The notes beneath the pieces were generated by a model. That model was not told the DNA's origin. It made no database searches and worked only from the letters and a program-made list of their open reading frames with translations. Positions 6,895-15,911 of a stretch of 32,000 nt of DNA are shown here, in pieces; positions within the stretch are counted from its first letter, which is position 1; each line of letters opens with the position of its first letter. The DNA is from Candidatus Saccharimonadota bacterium (lineage in GTDB: Archaea; Nanohalarchaeota; Nanosalinia; Nanosalinales; Nanosalinaceae). Where the stretch lies: NCBI GenBank assembly GCA_001761425.1, contig CP012986.1:630001-662000 (forward strand), written 5' to 3'. Position numbers and translations under genes: made by a program.

Positions 6895-8016
6895 TTAGAG
6901 CATGTCTCTCTTCTTCAGATACAGCTCCATCGACTGACGGGCGGTCCACGTCGCACCACGCCTCAGATTATGGCTTAACGAAAACAAGGAGATCCTGTCG
7001 TCATCAAGCTGCCTCAGGTCGCCTACAACCACACTCATACCTTCCTGATCGAAAACATCTTTCTTCGGCTCCGGCTGTCTATCAAGAACTTTCACAGGGT
7101 TCTCCGCAGTTGAAGGCAGACCCATAACTCTCTCATCAGGCCTCCAGGACTTCAAGGCCTCGTGAACTTCTTCAACACCGACTTCTTCGGAAAAACTGAT
7201 CCTCAACGACTCCAGATGACCGTACTGGACAGGAACCCTTCCGGTCTGAGCGTCAATACTAAGGCCTCCGCTTCCTGCCTCTTTTCTGCTCTCGGCGAAA
7301 CCAAGAATCTTCTGAGGCTCGATCTCGGACTTTATCTCCTCTCCGTTGTGATTACTGTTCCGATTCCAGTCATCGACAACATTACCTGAAATCCGTGAAG
7401 CATATTCATCGCCCGCCACCCTGTCTCCTTTTCCAGAGATAGCCTGGAAAGTAACAAGATCAACCTTCTTAACTTCAAAACTGTGTCTCAAGGCCTCTAT
7501 CACAGGGACGTAACCTGCTGTCGTACAGTTAGGATTATTCGCCTGTTTTCCAGGCTTCTCCTGATCTTCCAGCATCTCGATATCTTTAGGGTTAACTTCC
7601 GGGAGCATCAGAGGAACTTCTTTTTCCCAGCGGAACTCGCTGGCGTTCGAGAAGACGTGAACACCTCTTTCTCTTAATTCTGGCTCGATTTCTTTCGCTA
7701 CAGAGCTTGGAAGAGCGGAAATCACGTAATCAATTTTTTCAGCGATCCTGTCGGCGTCAAGGCCTTGGACAGTCATTTCTTCGTATTTTTCCGGGCATTT
7801 CTGTGGCTCCCAGAATTCGTACTTCTCCGATAACGCTTCTTCTTTTTCCCTGAAGATTTTTCCCAGGTTTTTTCCCTGGCTGCTGGGGCTTCCTGTCACT
7901 ATTTCAAGTTCTGCGTAGTCGTATCCGTTTTCCTCAAGTTTTTTCTGGTGTATGACGGCCTCTCTGCCCGCCATGCCCGTCGCACCTAGAATTCCAAGTC
8001 TAATTTTTTCTGTCAC
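6895..8016 (-). CDS. asd: Aspartate-semialdehyde dehydrogenase
   Basis: N-terminal Rossmann motif GILGATGMAGRE and catalytic-Cys region NPNCTTAG. The length is typical and the gene lies in an operon with lysC, dapB and dapA. Confidence 0.85.
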   Translation of the reverse strand: MTEKIRLGILGATGMAGREAVIHQKKLEENGYDYAELEIVTGSPSSQGKNLGKIFREKEEALSEKYEFWEPQKCPEKYEEMTVQGLDADRIAEKIDYVISALPSSVAKEIEPELRERGVHVFSNASEFRWEKEVPLMLPEVNPKDIEMLEDQEKPGKQANNPNCTTAGYVPVIEALRHSFEVKKVDLVTFQAISGKGDRVAGDEYASRISGNVVDDWNRNSNHNGEEIKSEIEPQKILGFAESRKEAGSGGLSIDAQTGRVPVQYGHLESLRISFSEEVGVEEVHEALKSWRPDERVMGLPSTAENPVKVLDRQPEPKKDVFDQEGMSVVVGDLRQLDDDRISLFSLSHNLRRGATWTARQSMELYLKKRDML

Positions 8017-8021
8017 TGTAT

Positions 8022-9206
8022 CTATCTCTCCAGGTTTTCCTGTATTATTTTCAGTGCTTCTTCTCTGACATCATAGGCGACGAAGACGATGACGCTAGAA
8101 GCCGATGTCACGATCTCGTGGATGTTTATATTTACGTCAGCGAGAGGGGTGACGATATCTTTTACCACGCCAGGCCTGTCTGGAAGTTTTCCTCCAGCCA
8201 CCCGTACTACGCCGATCCCGTCGTCGACGGTTACAGAGGAAATCTTCTCCTTATCCAGGACCATGTTATGCAAGGCCTCGTTTGCCTTCTCAGCTCTTTC
8301 TTCTTCTATGAAAAGGCTTACACTGTCCATTCCTGTCGAAGCGGCCTCAATATTGATCTCTTCTTTATCCATTGCAGAAGTCATCTTCGCCAGGATACCT
8401 GGCTCAAGCCTTATCTCCCTGCCCGCTACAGTCAGACACGCGAACTCTTTCTCATCAGTATTGATTATACGCTCGAACTCGCCCTCGATACTCGTTCCCG
8501 AATCAAGTAAATCCGCGTTCTGGTAATGGACAACAGTAACATCCATAACGTCTTCTTTGTAAGGCAGGGCCTCGGGAGCCACAACTTCAGCACCTTTGAA
8601 CGAAAGATCCCGCAGCTCATCGACGCTGATCTCGCCCACGTTGTGAGCAGACTCTACAATTTCAGGATTGCCTGTCAAAACACCTTCAACATCCGTAACA
8701 ATTACTGTCCTGTCCGCATCCATGTAGTTTCCAAGCATCACCGCAGTGATATCAGAGCCTCCACGACCAAGCGTGGTAACTTTCTCTTCAGTACCTTCCG
8801 CCAGGAAACCTGTTATCACAGGAACCTCTTTTTCAAGTTTTTCAGCAAGCTCTCCAGATCTTTTTCGAGTTTTTTCTTTCTCTACAGATCCTGTTTCGTC
8901 AACCTTTACCGGCCACCCTTCCTTCCCTGGCTCATAGAACTCTGCGTCAAGGCCTCGAGCGTTCAAAGCTGCTTTAAGCATCCTCACGCTTGTCCTTTCT
9001 CCCATCGAGACTATTTCATCCCGGTCATCTTCTTCTGCGCTGAAATTAATGTTGTCGAGCAGTTCATCTGTAGTGGAGCCCATGGCCGATGCGACGACAG
9101 CTATCTCATGGCCTTCCTCCACAGCTTTTTCGATAGAATCGGCGGCGTTCTCGATCCTGTCGCCGTCTTTCAAACTGGTGCCTCCAAATTTTGCGATTAT
9201 CCTCAC
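8022..9206 (-). CDS. lysC: Aspartate kinase
   Basis: N-terminus MRIIAKFGGTSL, kinase core TTLGRGGSD and C-terminal ACT-like repeats. The GTG start overlaps the dapB stop (GTGA). Confidence 0.9.
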   Translation of the reverse strand: MRIIAKFGGTSLKDGDRIENAADSIEKAVEEGHEIAVVASAMGSTTDELLDNINFSAEEDDRDEIVSMGERTSVRMLKAALNARGLDAEFYEPGKEGWPVKVDETGSVEKEKTRKRSGELAEKLEKEVPVITGFLAEGTEEKVTTLGRGGSDITAVMLGNYMDADRTVIVTDVEGVLTGNPEIVESAHNVGEISVDELRDLSFKGAEVVAPEALPYKEDVMDVTVVHYQNADLLDSGTSIEGEFERIINTDEKEFACLTVAGREIRLEPGILAKMTSAMDKEEINIEAASTGMDSVSLFIEEERAEKANEALHNMVLDKEKISSVTVDDGIGVVRVAGGKLPDRPGVVKDIVTPLADVNINIHEIVTSASSVIVFVAYDVREEALKIIQENLER

Positions 9207-9955
9207 TCTTCAAGCACCTCTGAGAAGCTGTAAAACCCTGGCTTTTTGTCTTGAAGCCATTCAGCAGCTCTGAGTGCGCCGGAAGCGAAGACTTCTCGTG
9301 ATTCGCTTCTGTGTCTGATCTTCAGGACTTCTTCATCTCCGGCCAGGAGAACTTCATGTGTTCCTTTTATGTCGCCTGCTCTCTTTGCGTGTACGCCGAT
9401 TTCTCCTTTTTCTCTAGGCTGTTTTCCTTCACGGCCGTGAACTTCCTCGAAACCTCCTCTTGCTTCCTCAATTTCACTCAGGAAAGTTTTTGCGGTGCCT
9501 GACGGTGCATCTCTCTTCCTGTTGTGATGTGTCTCCGTGACTTCTATATCATACTTCTCAAGTTTTCCAGCAGCTTCTCTGACAAGTTCCCTCATCACGT
9601 TGATGCTCGGAGAAAAATTCGAGGCCTTCAGTACAGGGATTTCCTCGCCAGCTTCCTCAATTCTTTTTTCTTGATCTTCTGAGAATCCTGTGGTTCCGAT
9701 GACGATAGCAGTTTCGGTTTTCCGTGCTGCCTCCAGGTATTTCATCGTTGCTTCCGGGACTGTGAAATCTACGATAACATCGACTTTGTTTTCTCTGAGA
9801 AGCTGTTCAAGGTTTTCATCGCTTTCGACTTCGAGGCCTCTGTGTTCTGTTTTTTCCCTGTCTACCGCTATCGAGATGTTTTCTCCGCGGTCTCGTGTGA
9901 CTTTCATGACGTTGGTTCCCATCTGGCCTGTGGCTCCGGTCGCCGCTATATCCAT
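9203..9955 (-). CDS. dapB: 4-hydroxy-tetrahydrodipicolinate reductase
   Basis: N-terminal GATGQMG nucleotide-binding motif and E(T)HHNRKRDAPSGTA, the DapB signature. Confidence 0.9.
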   Translation of the reverse strand: MDIAATGATGQMGTNVMKVTRDRGENISIAVDREKTEHRGLEVESDENLEQLLRENKVDVIVDFTVPEATMKYLEAARKTETAIVIGTTGFSEDQEKRIEEAGEEIPVLKASNFSPSINVMRELVREAAGKLEKYDIEVTETHHNRKRDAPSGTAKTFLSEIEEARGGFEEVHGREGKQPREKGEIGVHAKRAGDIKGTHEVLLAGDEEVLKIRHRSESREVFASGALRAAEWLQDKKPGFYSFSEVLEE

Positions 9956-9965
9956 TGTATAACCT

Positions 9966-10958
9966 CTATATTAGGCCTTGGTCCTCTAAAACGTTTCTGA
10001 TCTCAGTTCTGTTTTCATATTCTTCGTCTTCCCGAGGCCTTCTGTTCAATGGTGCGCGAGGCGTCCCGAAGTCAAAGCCAAGAAGATTTACTGCGTACTG
10101 AACGCTGATAGGGTTCTTCTCTCCTGGCTGGAACATCGCATCGTGCAGCGGTCTCAGTTCCCGGTTTCTCTCGAATGCAGTCTGGGCGTCTTCTTCCTGG
10201 AATCCGAGTCTCCAGACATCCACTACTCCTTCCGGATGAACGTTCGCAGAAACCGAAATCCCGAAGCTGCCGCCCTGTTCAAAGACGAAGTGGTTCGCAG
10301 CATCGTCTCCTGATCCGAAATAGAAATCACTGAGTCCTTCCTCCTGCTCGCTTCCTCTGGAAGCCGTGCTCGAGAAGCTGATATCTTCAGCAGCTTCGAG
10401 TCTTCTACCGATCTCATGGATCTGCCGGAAGTCAAGAGAAGCCTCTTTGATCCCGATTATCCCGTCGATTCTGGCGAGTTCTACCGTGGTTTCTGCCTCG
10501 ATGTTTCTACCGGTTCTACCCGGCACGTTGTAGGCGATTATCGGTTTTTCAAGATTTTCCGCCAATGTTTCATAATGTTCGATTATCAGGTCCTGTGGAG
10601 GACAGTTCTGGTAGGGTGAGATCATCAGGTGGGCGTCGATATCTGCCTCTTCTTCGATCCTGGATGCGAGTTCAAGTGTCTGCTGGGTCGAGTTCATTCC
10701 ATCACCAGCGATGACAGGCAGATCCGTCATCTCAGATATTCTACGGACGAACTCTACGTGTTCGTCGTACTCCAGGTTTTCTCCTCCGTGATCTCCGAGT
10801 GTCGCTGCATGTCCTGTACATCCTGCAGGAACGATTCCATGGACGCCGTTTTCTTCAAGGTATTCGATATGGTTTTCTGCGGCCTCATAGTTTATCGAGC
10901 CGTCGTCGCTGATAGGTGTCGGCAGCGCAGGAAAAATTCCTTCAGGTTTGAAACTCAT
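9966..10958 (-). CDS. dapA: 4-hydroxy-tetrahydrodipicolinate synthase
   Basis: GIFPALPTP...GVHGIVPAGCTGHAATL, YNVPGRTG and GIKEAS (Schiff-base Lys region). It contains an acidic insertion of about 30 aa (SSTASRGSEQEEGLSDFYFGSGDD). Confidence 0.85.
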   Translation of the reverse strand: MSFKPEGIFPALPTPISDDGSINYEAAENHIEYLEENGVHGIVPAGCTGHAATLGDHGGENLEYDEHVEFVRRISEMTDLPVIAGDGMNSTQQTLELASRIEEEADIDAHLMISPYQNCPPQDLIIEHYETLAENLEKPIIAYNVPGRTGRNIEAETTVELARIDGIIGIKEASLDFRQIHEIGRRLEAAEDISFSSTASRGSEQEEGLSDFYFGSGDDAANHFVFEQGGSFGISVSANVHPEGVVDVWRLGFQEEDAQTAFERNRELRPLHDAMFQPGEKNPISVQYAVNLLGFDFGTPRAPLNRRPREDEEYENRTEIRNVLEDQGLI

Positions 10959-10980
10959 AGTCTATCACCAGTATTTGATC

Positions 10981-11170
10981 CTTCATTTCGAATTTCGTAA
11001 TCAGTCATACGGGACTTTATCAGGCGCAGGTAATCGTCGTCCATACAACAGCAATCAATCGCGAAAGCTTAAAAACTCTTCTATATTCGAAGAAAACTTT
11101 TCGGAAATCATAACTACGTAATGGTACCAGTTAAATTTTCGAAGATTACTTAAAGCTTTTCGAGAAATGG
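10981..11170. promoter_or_regulatory. Divergent dapA/lysS control region with repeated TTTCGA-type boxes
   Basis: ATTTCGAATTTCG (10985-10997), ATTCGAAG (11085-11092), CTTTTCGGAAAT (11097-11108), ATTTTCGAAGAT (11135-11146) and CTTTTCGAGAAAT (11156-11168). Also inverted CGAAAGCTT (11062-11070) and AAGCTTTTCG (11153-11162). A TATA-like TTTCTATAAAC lies about 40 bp before the lysS ATG. Confidence 0.3.
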
Positions 11171-11301
11171 AGTTTTACAATGAGCGGTGAATGTTTTAAG
11201 CAACGACACATATACACGCAGGACTCCGTACGAGTCTGCAGTTGAAAATCTTTCTATAAACGCAGCTTCAGCTCTATTCGCCAGCGTCTCAGGTGGTTCT
11301 T

Positions 11302-12747
11302 ATGTCGAGTGAACGGGAACAACGCCTGGAACAGCTCAGGTCACGAAGAGAAAACGGCGAGGCCTTTGCGTACAGCTTTGATCGCTCACATACCATAAGG
11401 GAACTCCAGGAACTCGATGAAGAAGATAGGGATCTTCCTGACAGGGAATTTTCCACAGCCGGAAGAGTTATGGAGGTCAGAGATTTCGGAGGCCTTTTGT
11501 TCCTTGACTTGAGAGATGCCAGAAGCGAGATTCAGGTGATGGTGCGTGAAAACGAAGAGGCCTTACAGACCATTGAAGACGTCTACAGGGGAGATTTCAT
11601 AGGAGTAACGGGAACACTGACGTATACCGATAGAGGAGAGTTCTCCCTTGAGGCGTTGGATGTAGAGATTTTGACGACAGCTGTCAGACCGATACCATCC
11701 AAACACTTCGGCGTTGAAGACGAGGAACTCCGTTACAGGGACAGGCCTCTACATCTGACAATGGATATGGAGGCTCGGGATAGGTTCAGGACGAGAAGCG
11801 AGATCATTTCAGAGCTGAGAAGTTTTCTTGAAAGCCGTGAGTTCATGGAGGTTGAGACGCCGACTATCCAGCCGGTTTACGGAGGTGCGAACGCTGAGCC
11901 GTTCGAAACCCACGTCAACGACAGGGATATGGATGCGTATCTCAGGATTTCGCCGGAGCTGTATCTCAAAAGACTTATCGTCGGTGGTTACGAGCGTATC
12001 TTCGAGATTGCGACGAACTTCAGGAACGAATCGATTGATACAACGCATAACCCTGAGTTCACGATGATGGAGCTGTATCAGGCCTACGCTGACTACGAGG
12101 ATATGATGGAACTGACAGAAGAGCTTGTAGAACACATAGCAGTGGAGGTTCTTGGAGAAACGGTCGTCGAGTACCGTGGAGAGGAAATTGATCTCTCAGC
12201 ACCGTGGAGAAGAATGACTATGCACGAAGCCATAGAGGAACATGGAGGCCTTGAGGTTGAAGAGATGAGCGACGAAGAACTGAGAGAAGCAATGGATGAA
12301 CTTGGGATCGAGCTTGATTCAGGGTTTGAGAGAGGATTGGCGATCGCGGAGATTTTCGAGGAGGTCGCGGAGGAAGAGCTGGTCCAGCCGACCCATATCA
12401 CCGATTATCCGGAGGAGACCACCCCGCTCTGCATGGATCACAGGAGTGAAGAAGGACTTATCGAGCGGTTTGAATCCTTCATCGCCGGTATGGAGCTGGC
12501 GAATGCTTACACTGAGCTACGTGATCCTATCCGACAACGGGAGCACTTTGAAAGAGAACATCAGCGTCAGGAGGAAGGAGATGACAAAGCACATCCTCTG
12601 GACATGGAGTTTGTAGAAGCCCTGGAGCTGGGCATGCCTCCGACCGGAGGCCTTGGAATCGGAATCGATAGACTGGTGATGATTCTGACAGATCAGGAAT
12701 CTATCCGGGATGTCCTCTTCTTTCCGATGATGGGTGAGGAAGAATGA
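11302..12747 (+). CDS. lysS: Lysyl-tRNA synthetase, class II (bacterial/eukaryotic type), full length
   Basis: N-terminal OB anticodon-binding region GRVMEVRDFGGLLFLDLRDARSEIQVMV. Motif 2 region FRNESIDTTHNPEFTMMELY and motif 3 GMPPTGGLGIGIDRLVMILT. The track ORF starts at GTG 11293, but ATG 11302 is more likely. Confidence 0.9.
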   Translation: MSSEREQRLEQLRSRRENGEAFAYSFDRSHTIRELQELDEEDRDLPDREFSTAGRVMEVRDFGGLLFLDLRDARSEIQVMVRENEEALQTIEDVYRGDFIGVTGTLTYTDRGEFSLEALDVEILTTAVRPIPSKHFGVEDEELRYRDRPLHLTMDMEARDRFRTRSEIISELRSFLESREFMEVETPTIQPVYGGANAEPFETHVNDRDMDAYLRISPELYLKRLIVGGYERIFEIATNFRNESIDTTHNPEFTMMELYQAYADYEDMMELTEELVEHIAVEVLGETVVEYRGEEIDLSAPWRRMTMHEAIEEHGGLEVEEMSDEELREAMDELGIELDSGFERGLAIAEIFEEVAEEELVQPTHITDYPEETTPLCMDHRSEEGLIERFESFIAGMELANAYTELRDPIRQREHFEREHQRQEEGDDKAHPLDMEFVEALELGMPPTGGLGIGIDRLVMILTDQESIRDVLFFPMMGEEE

Positions 12748-12787
12748 AAACCTTTCAGTCCTCTTTTTTCTCTGCGGGGAATGAGAT

Positions 12788-14020
12788 ATGAATGAGAAGC
12801 TTGAGATCGGAGGCCTTGCAGCGGAGGAAATAGTGGAAGACCACGGTACTCCCTTGTTTGTCTATGACGCGGAGAGGATCAGGGACCAGTACAGGAAACT
12901 TGATGATGCCTTTTCCTCACGGTACGATGATTTTATGATCAACTTTGCGGTGAAATCTAATTTTAACCCGATTATCGCCCGTTTGCTCGTAGAAGAGGGA
13001 GCAGGTCTTGACTGTGCTTCAAAGGCGGAGATACTGCTTGCGAATGAAATCGGAGCGGACGAGGTAATGTATACTGCGCCGTACAACAGGAAGGATGAAA
13101 TAGAGTACGCTATTGAACACGGTGCGACTGTGAATCTTGATTCGATCTTTCTCCCGGAGAAGATAGATGAGATGCCGGAGGAGATATGTTTCAGGATAGA
13201 TCCTGGCATCGGAGAAGGCGACCATGGTCTTGTCTTCGGAGGCGGCGACACAAAGTTTGGAATACCTGAGGAGAGAGCTGTTGAAGCTTATAGAAAGGCT
13301 AAGGAACGTGGAGCGGAGAAGTTCGGTATCCACATGATGACAGGATCAAACGTCAGGAATCCAGAGTACTTCGGACAGATAACGGAGAAACTACTGGAGA
13401 TCGCCGGAGAAATCGCTGAGGAGCTGGATATAGAGTTCGAGTTTGTAGATGTCGGCGGAGGCCTGGGAGTGCCTTACAGGCCTGGAGACGAGGAACTGGA
13501 TATTGAAAGAACTGGTGAAAACATTATAGAAAAATTCCAGGAAGGAATCGAAAAATATGATATCGGAAGGCCTCAGCTCAGGATTGAACCGGGCAGGTAT
13601 CTCGTGGCGCAGTCAGGCTATCTTCTATCCCGTGTAACCGGTGTAAAGAAGAAAGTAGGCACAGAGTTCGTAGGAATTGACACAGGGATGCATCACAACC
13701 TGAGGCCTATGCTACTCGACGCCTACCACGAGATCAGGCTGGCAGAAGATGTTGAAAAGCCTGTAGACGGGAAGAAAACTGTTGTCGGCCCCGTCTGCTC
13801 CTCCATAGATGTGATGGCGGAGGACCGTGAGCTTCCGGAGATGAGCGAAGGAGATCTGGTTTCCATAGAGGATGTCGGTGCTTACGGCTTCACCATGGCA
13901 TCTCACTGGAATTCAAGGCCTCTACCCGCAGAAGTTTTGGTCGATGACGGAGAAGCAGAAGTTATACGTAAACGTGAAGGCCTGAGAGATGTCTTTCACG
14001 GCACCGGGCTGGAGAAATAG
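12788..14020 (+). CDS. lysA: Diaminopimelate decarboxylase
   Basis: Fold-III PLP decarboxylase pattern (FAVKSN, GGGLGVPY, EPGRYLV, CSSIDV, GAYG), next to the dap genes. Confidence 0.85.
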   Translation: MNEKLEIGGLAAEEIVEDHGTPLFVYDAERIRDQYRKLDDAFSSRYDDFMINFAVKSNFNPIIARLLVEEGAGLDCASKAEILLANEIGADEVMYTAPYNRKDEIEYAIEHGATVNLDSIFLPEKIDEMPEEICFRIDPGIGEGDHGLVFGGGDTKFGIPEERAVEAYRKAKERGAEKFGIHMMTGSNVRNPEYFGQITEKLLEIAGEIAEELDIEFEFVDVGGGLGVPYRPGDEELDIERTGENIIEKFQEGIEKYDIGRPQLRIEPGRYLVAQSGYLLSRVTGVKKKVGTEFVGIDTGMHHNLRPMLLDAYHEIRLAEDVEKPVDGKKTVVGPVCSSIDVMAEDRELPEMSEGDLVSIEDVGAYGFTMASHWNSRPLPAEVLVDDGEAEVIRKREGLRDVFHGTGLEK

Positions 14021-14043
14021 TGAAAGAAGAATAGGGAAGTTTC

Positions 14044-14062
14044 AAAGGCCGCGGAGGCCTTT
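14044..14062. terminator. Hairpin between convergent lysA and dapD (AAAGGCC-GCGGA-GGCCTTT)
   Basis: A 7-bp perfect stem with a 5-nt loop. It overlaps the dapD stop codon. Whether it acts as a terminator is speculative. Confidence 0.25.
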
Positions 14063-14933
14063 AGTCCATTCTGAGTGTGTCTTCCAGCTCTACGGCGTCT
14101 TCCTCGTATTCTACTGCTACGACAATCGGTTTCTGGACTGATTCGTCTTCGTCGAAGAGTTCGTGGTCGCTGACACTGGATTCTTTGGTTCTTCTGAACG
14201 CTGTTCTTTCGCTCGGGATCTCTCCTTCGAGAACCTCTCCTTCTACGAGGTCGTAGACTTCGATTCCCGGGCTTAGAAGGAGTTCTTCTCCTGTGTTGAC
14301 GTTGTCTCCGATTTGTGCTCCTCCCGTGATCCGGCTTCCTGCTCCGATGGATACATTATCGCCGATTACGACAGGAACCTGTTCTGCTGGGTCGAGTACG
14401 CCTCCGATCGTGGTATTTGCGCCGACGTGACCGTTTTCTCCCATCTGTGCGGCGGATCCAAACGTCACGTTGGAATCCACCATGGTATCGTCGTCGACGT
14501 ATGCTCCGATGTTGACATAGGCCTCGCTCATCACTGTGGAACCGTCTCCGAAATAGTTCCCTACTCTCAGAGTTGTTCCAGGCGTATTTCTTGCTCCTTT
14601 ATCCAGGAATTCTTCAACGTTTCGTGTGGGCATGACGTCGTGGTATACTTCTCCGTTTTCGGCGTCTTCACGGGCCATGTTCTCCGCTAAGCCGAAAATG
14701 GAGAGGATTCCTTCTTTCACCCATGCATTGGCCTCCCATTCGCCGTCGTACTGATCGGCAGCTCTGACATCTCCCTGCTCAAGCGCGTAGATAAACTCGT
14801 TCAGAAGCTCTTCCTGCTCTTCTTCATCGTACTGGGAAGGATCCTCGTTCAGGACAGTCATTCTATCTTGAAGGGTTTCAGGCTCGTAATTAGAAAAACT
14901 TTCGCGGTAATCATCTTCGATAGTAACCGACAT
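14061..14933 (-). CDS. dapD: 2,3,4,5-tetrahydropyridine-2,6-dicarboxylate N-acyl(succinyl)transferase
   Basis: N-terminal helical domain with AWVKEGILSIFGL, followed by left-handed beta-helix hexapeptide repeats (IGAYVDDDTMVDSNVTFGSAAQMGENGHVGANTTIGGVL...IGDNVSIGAGSRI). Confidence 0.8.
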   Translation of the reverse strand: MSVTIEDDYRESFSNYEPETLQDRMTVLNEDPSQYDEEEQEELLNEFIYALEQGDVRAADQYDGEWEANAWVKEGILSIFGLAENMAREDAENGEVYHDVMPTRNVEEFLDKGARNTPGTTLRVGNYFGDGSTVMSEAYVNIGAYVDDDTMVDSNVTFGSAAQMGENGHVGANTTIGGVLDPAEQVPVVIGDNVSIGAGSRITGGAQIGDNVNTGEELLLSPGIEVYDLVEGEVLEGEIPSERTAFRRTKESSVSDHELFDEDESVQKPIVVAVEYEEDAVELEDTLRMD

Positions 14934-15092
14934 ACACCTACTAACCCCTTAAATACTTTATAACTTCCGGAGAACAAAAATAGAAACCTTCGAAAGACAG
15001 AGAAAAAATACAGAAATCGGAGAAATATGAATTAGAGTCTAAGACATAGTCCGATTTAAAAAACTCTCCTCTCAAGGCCTTTACACGTAGAA

Positions 15093-15166
15093 GGGCTCTT
15101 AGTTCAGTCTGGCAGAACGTCTCCCTGGCACGGAGAAGGCCCTGGGTTCAAATCCCAGAGAGTCCA
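15093..15166 (+). tRNA. tRNA-Ala (anticodon GGC), intronless
   Basis: GGGCTCT/AGAGTCC acceptor with G3:U70. Anticodon stem TCTCC/GGAGA with loop CTGGCAC. T arm CTGGG-TTCAAAT-CCCAG. The first 27 nt are identical to the tRNA at 803. Confidence 0.95.
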
Positions 15167-15339
15167 TAGCTTTAGGCTATGACATCCCAAAGTTTAGTGG
15201 AAAATACTGTGATTTTTTAACTGGGAGTATTTTTTCTCTTTGAAAGATTTGTTTTTGGAGGCCTTTAGTGGTGTTTATGTAGAGTGATCAATTGGGGGTC
15301 GGGGTAGGTGATAAAAACCGGCGGGTGGATTATAGGATT

Positions 15340-15888
15340 ATGGGTCTCGAGTATGATGAAGACAATGTTTATGATACAGTTTTTCCTTTCAGGGTTCTGC
15401 GTAATGTGTATCATTCGGATGGCGGTACCTACCATGTTCAGATGAATCTTAAGGCAGGTATGGACCAGGAGTACGCTGAAGGAGTTTTGGATCTGTTGGA
15501 TGGCCTGGGTTTTGTCTATCCTGTGCCTGACACTGATCCACAGCTGTTCAAGCTCCGTGTTCAGGGCCTTGTAGATGCTTGGTACAGGCTCTGGGAACAG
15601 GAGGTGGAGCATATTCCTACTGCTCCGGAGAACTTTGACAGGTTCCTGGAGAGATATATCAAGTCGTATCTTGAGACGGAGAGAAATTCCACGATCCGTG
15701 AGATGCTGGTCAAAGACTTTTTCTGGGGTATGAAGACCCTTGATCTAAGCGAGGAAGACGAGTTCCTGGACCCGAGCTTCAAAGAATTCGAGTTAAGACT
15801 GGAGGATCGGTACGAAAGCGATAGACACGCTCATGAACATGTACAGGAAGCTATGGGCTTCAGAGAAGAAAAAGGAGTAGAGGAATAA
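15340..15888 (+). CDS. Hypothetical acidic protein (182 aa from ATG 15340; the track starts at TTG 15292)
   Basis: Long clean ORF. No family recognised. It contains no AGGCCT at all. Confidence 0.5.
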   Translation: MGLEYDEDNVYDTVFPFRVLRNVYHSDGGTYHVQMNLKAGMDQEYAEGVLDLLDGLGFVYPVPDTDPQLFKLRVQGLVDAWYRLWEQEVEHIPTAPENFDRFLERYIKSYLETERNSTIREMLVKDFFWGMKTLDLSEEDEFLDPSFKEFELRLEDRYESDRHAHEHVQEAMGFREEKGVEE

Positions 15889-15911
15889 AGGAAGAAAGGC
15901 CTTTGAGTTCT

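Noticed and set aside
8089-9273. Plus-strand ORFs (8089..8526, 8118..8510, 8526..9233, 8746..8937, 9049..9273) overlapping lysC. Similar shadow ORFs lie opposite nearly every gene, for example 5187..5759, 12093..12401, 21624..22061 and 23152..23796.
   Set aside because: They are antisense to ORFs with clear family signatures. Their S/F/L/C-rich, non-acidic composition is what the reverse complement of E/K/D-rich genes produces. None has a recognisable motif.
15186-15205. A mini-ORB-like TTTAGTGGAAAAT near tRNA-Ala(GGC), and scattered GTGGAAA/TTTCCAC words. These could indicate a replication origin, given the Orc1/Cdc6 gene.
   Set aside because: There is only a single partial match in a spacer, with no inverted ORB pair flanking an AT-rich unwinding element. 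The other hits lie inside coding regions. An origin, if linked to orc1, would more likely lie upstream of the window.
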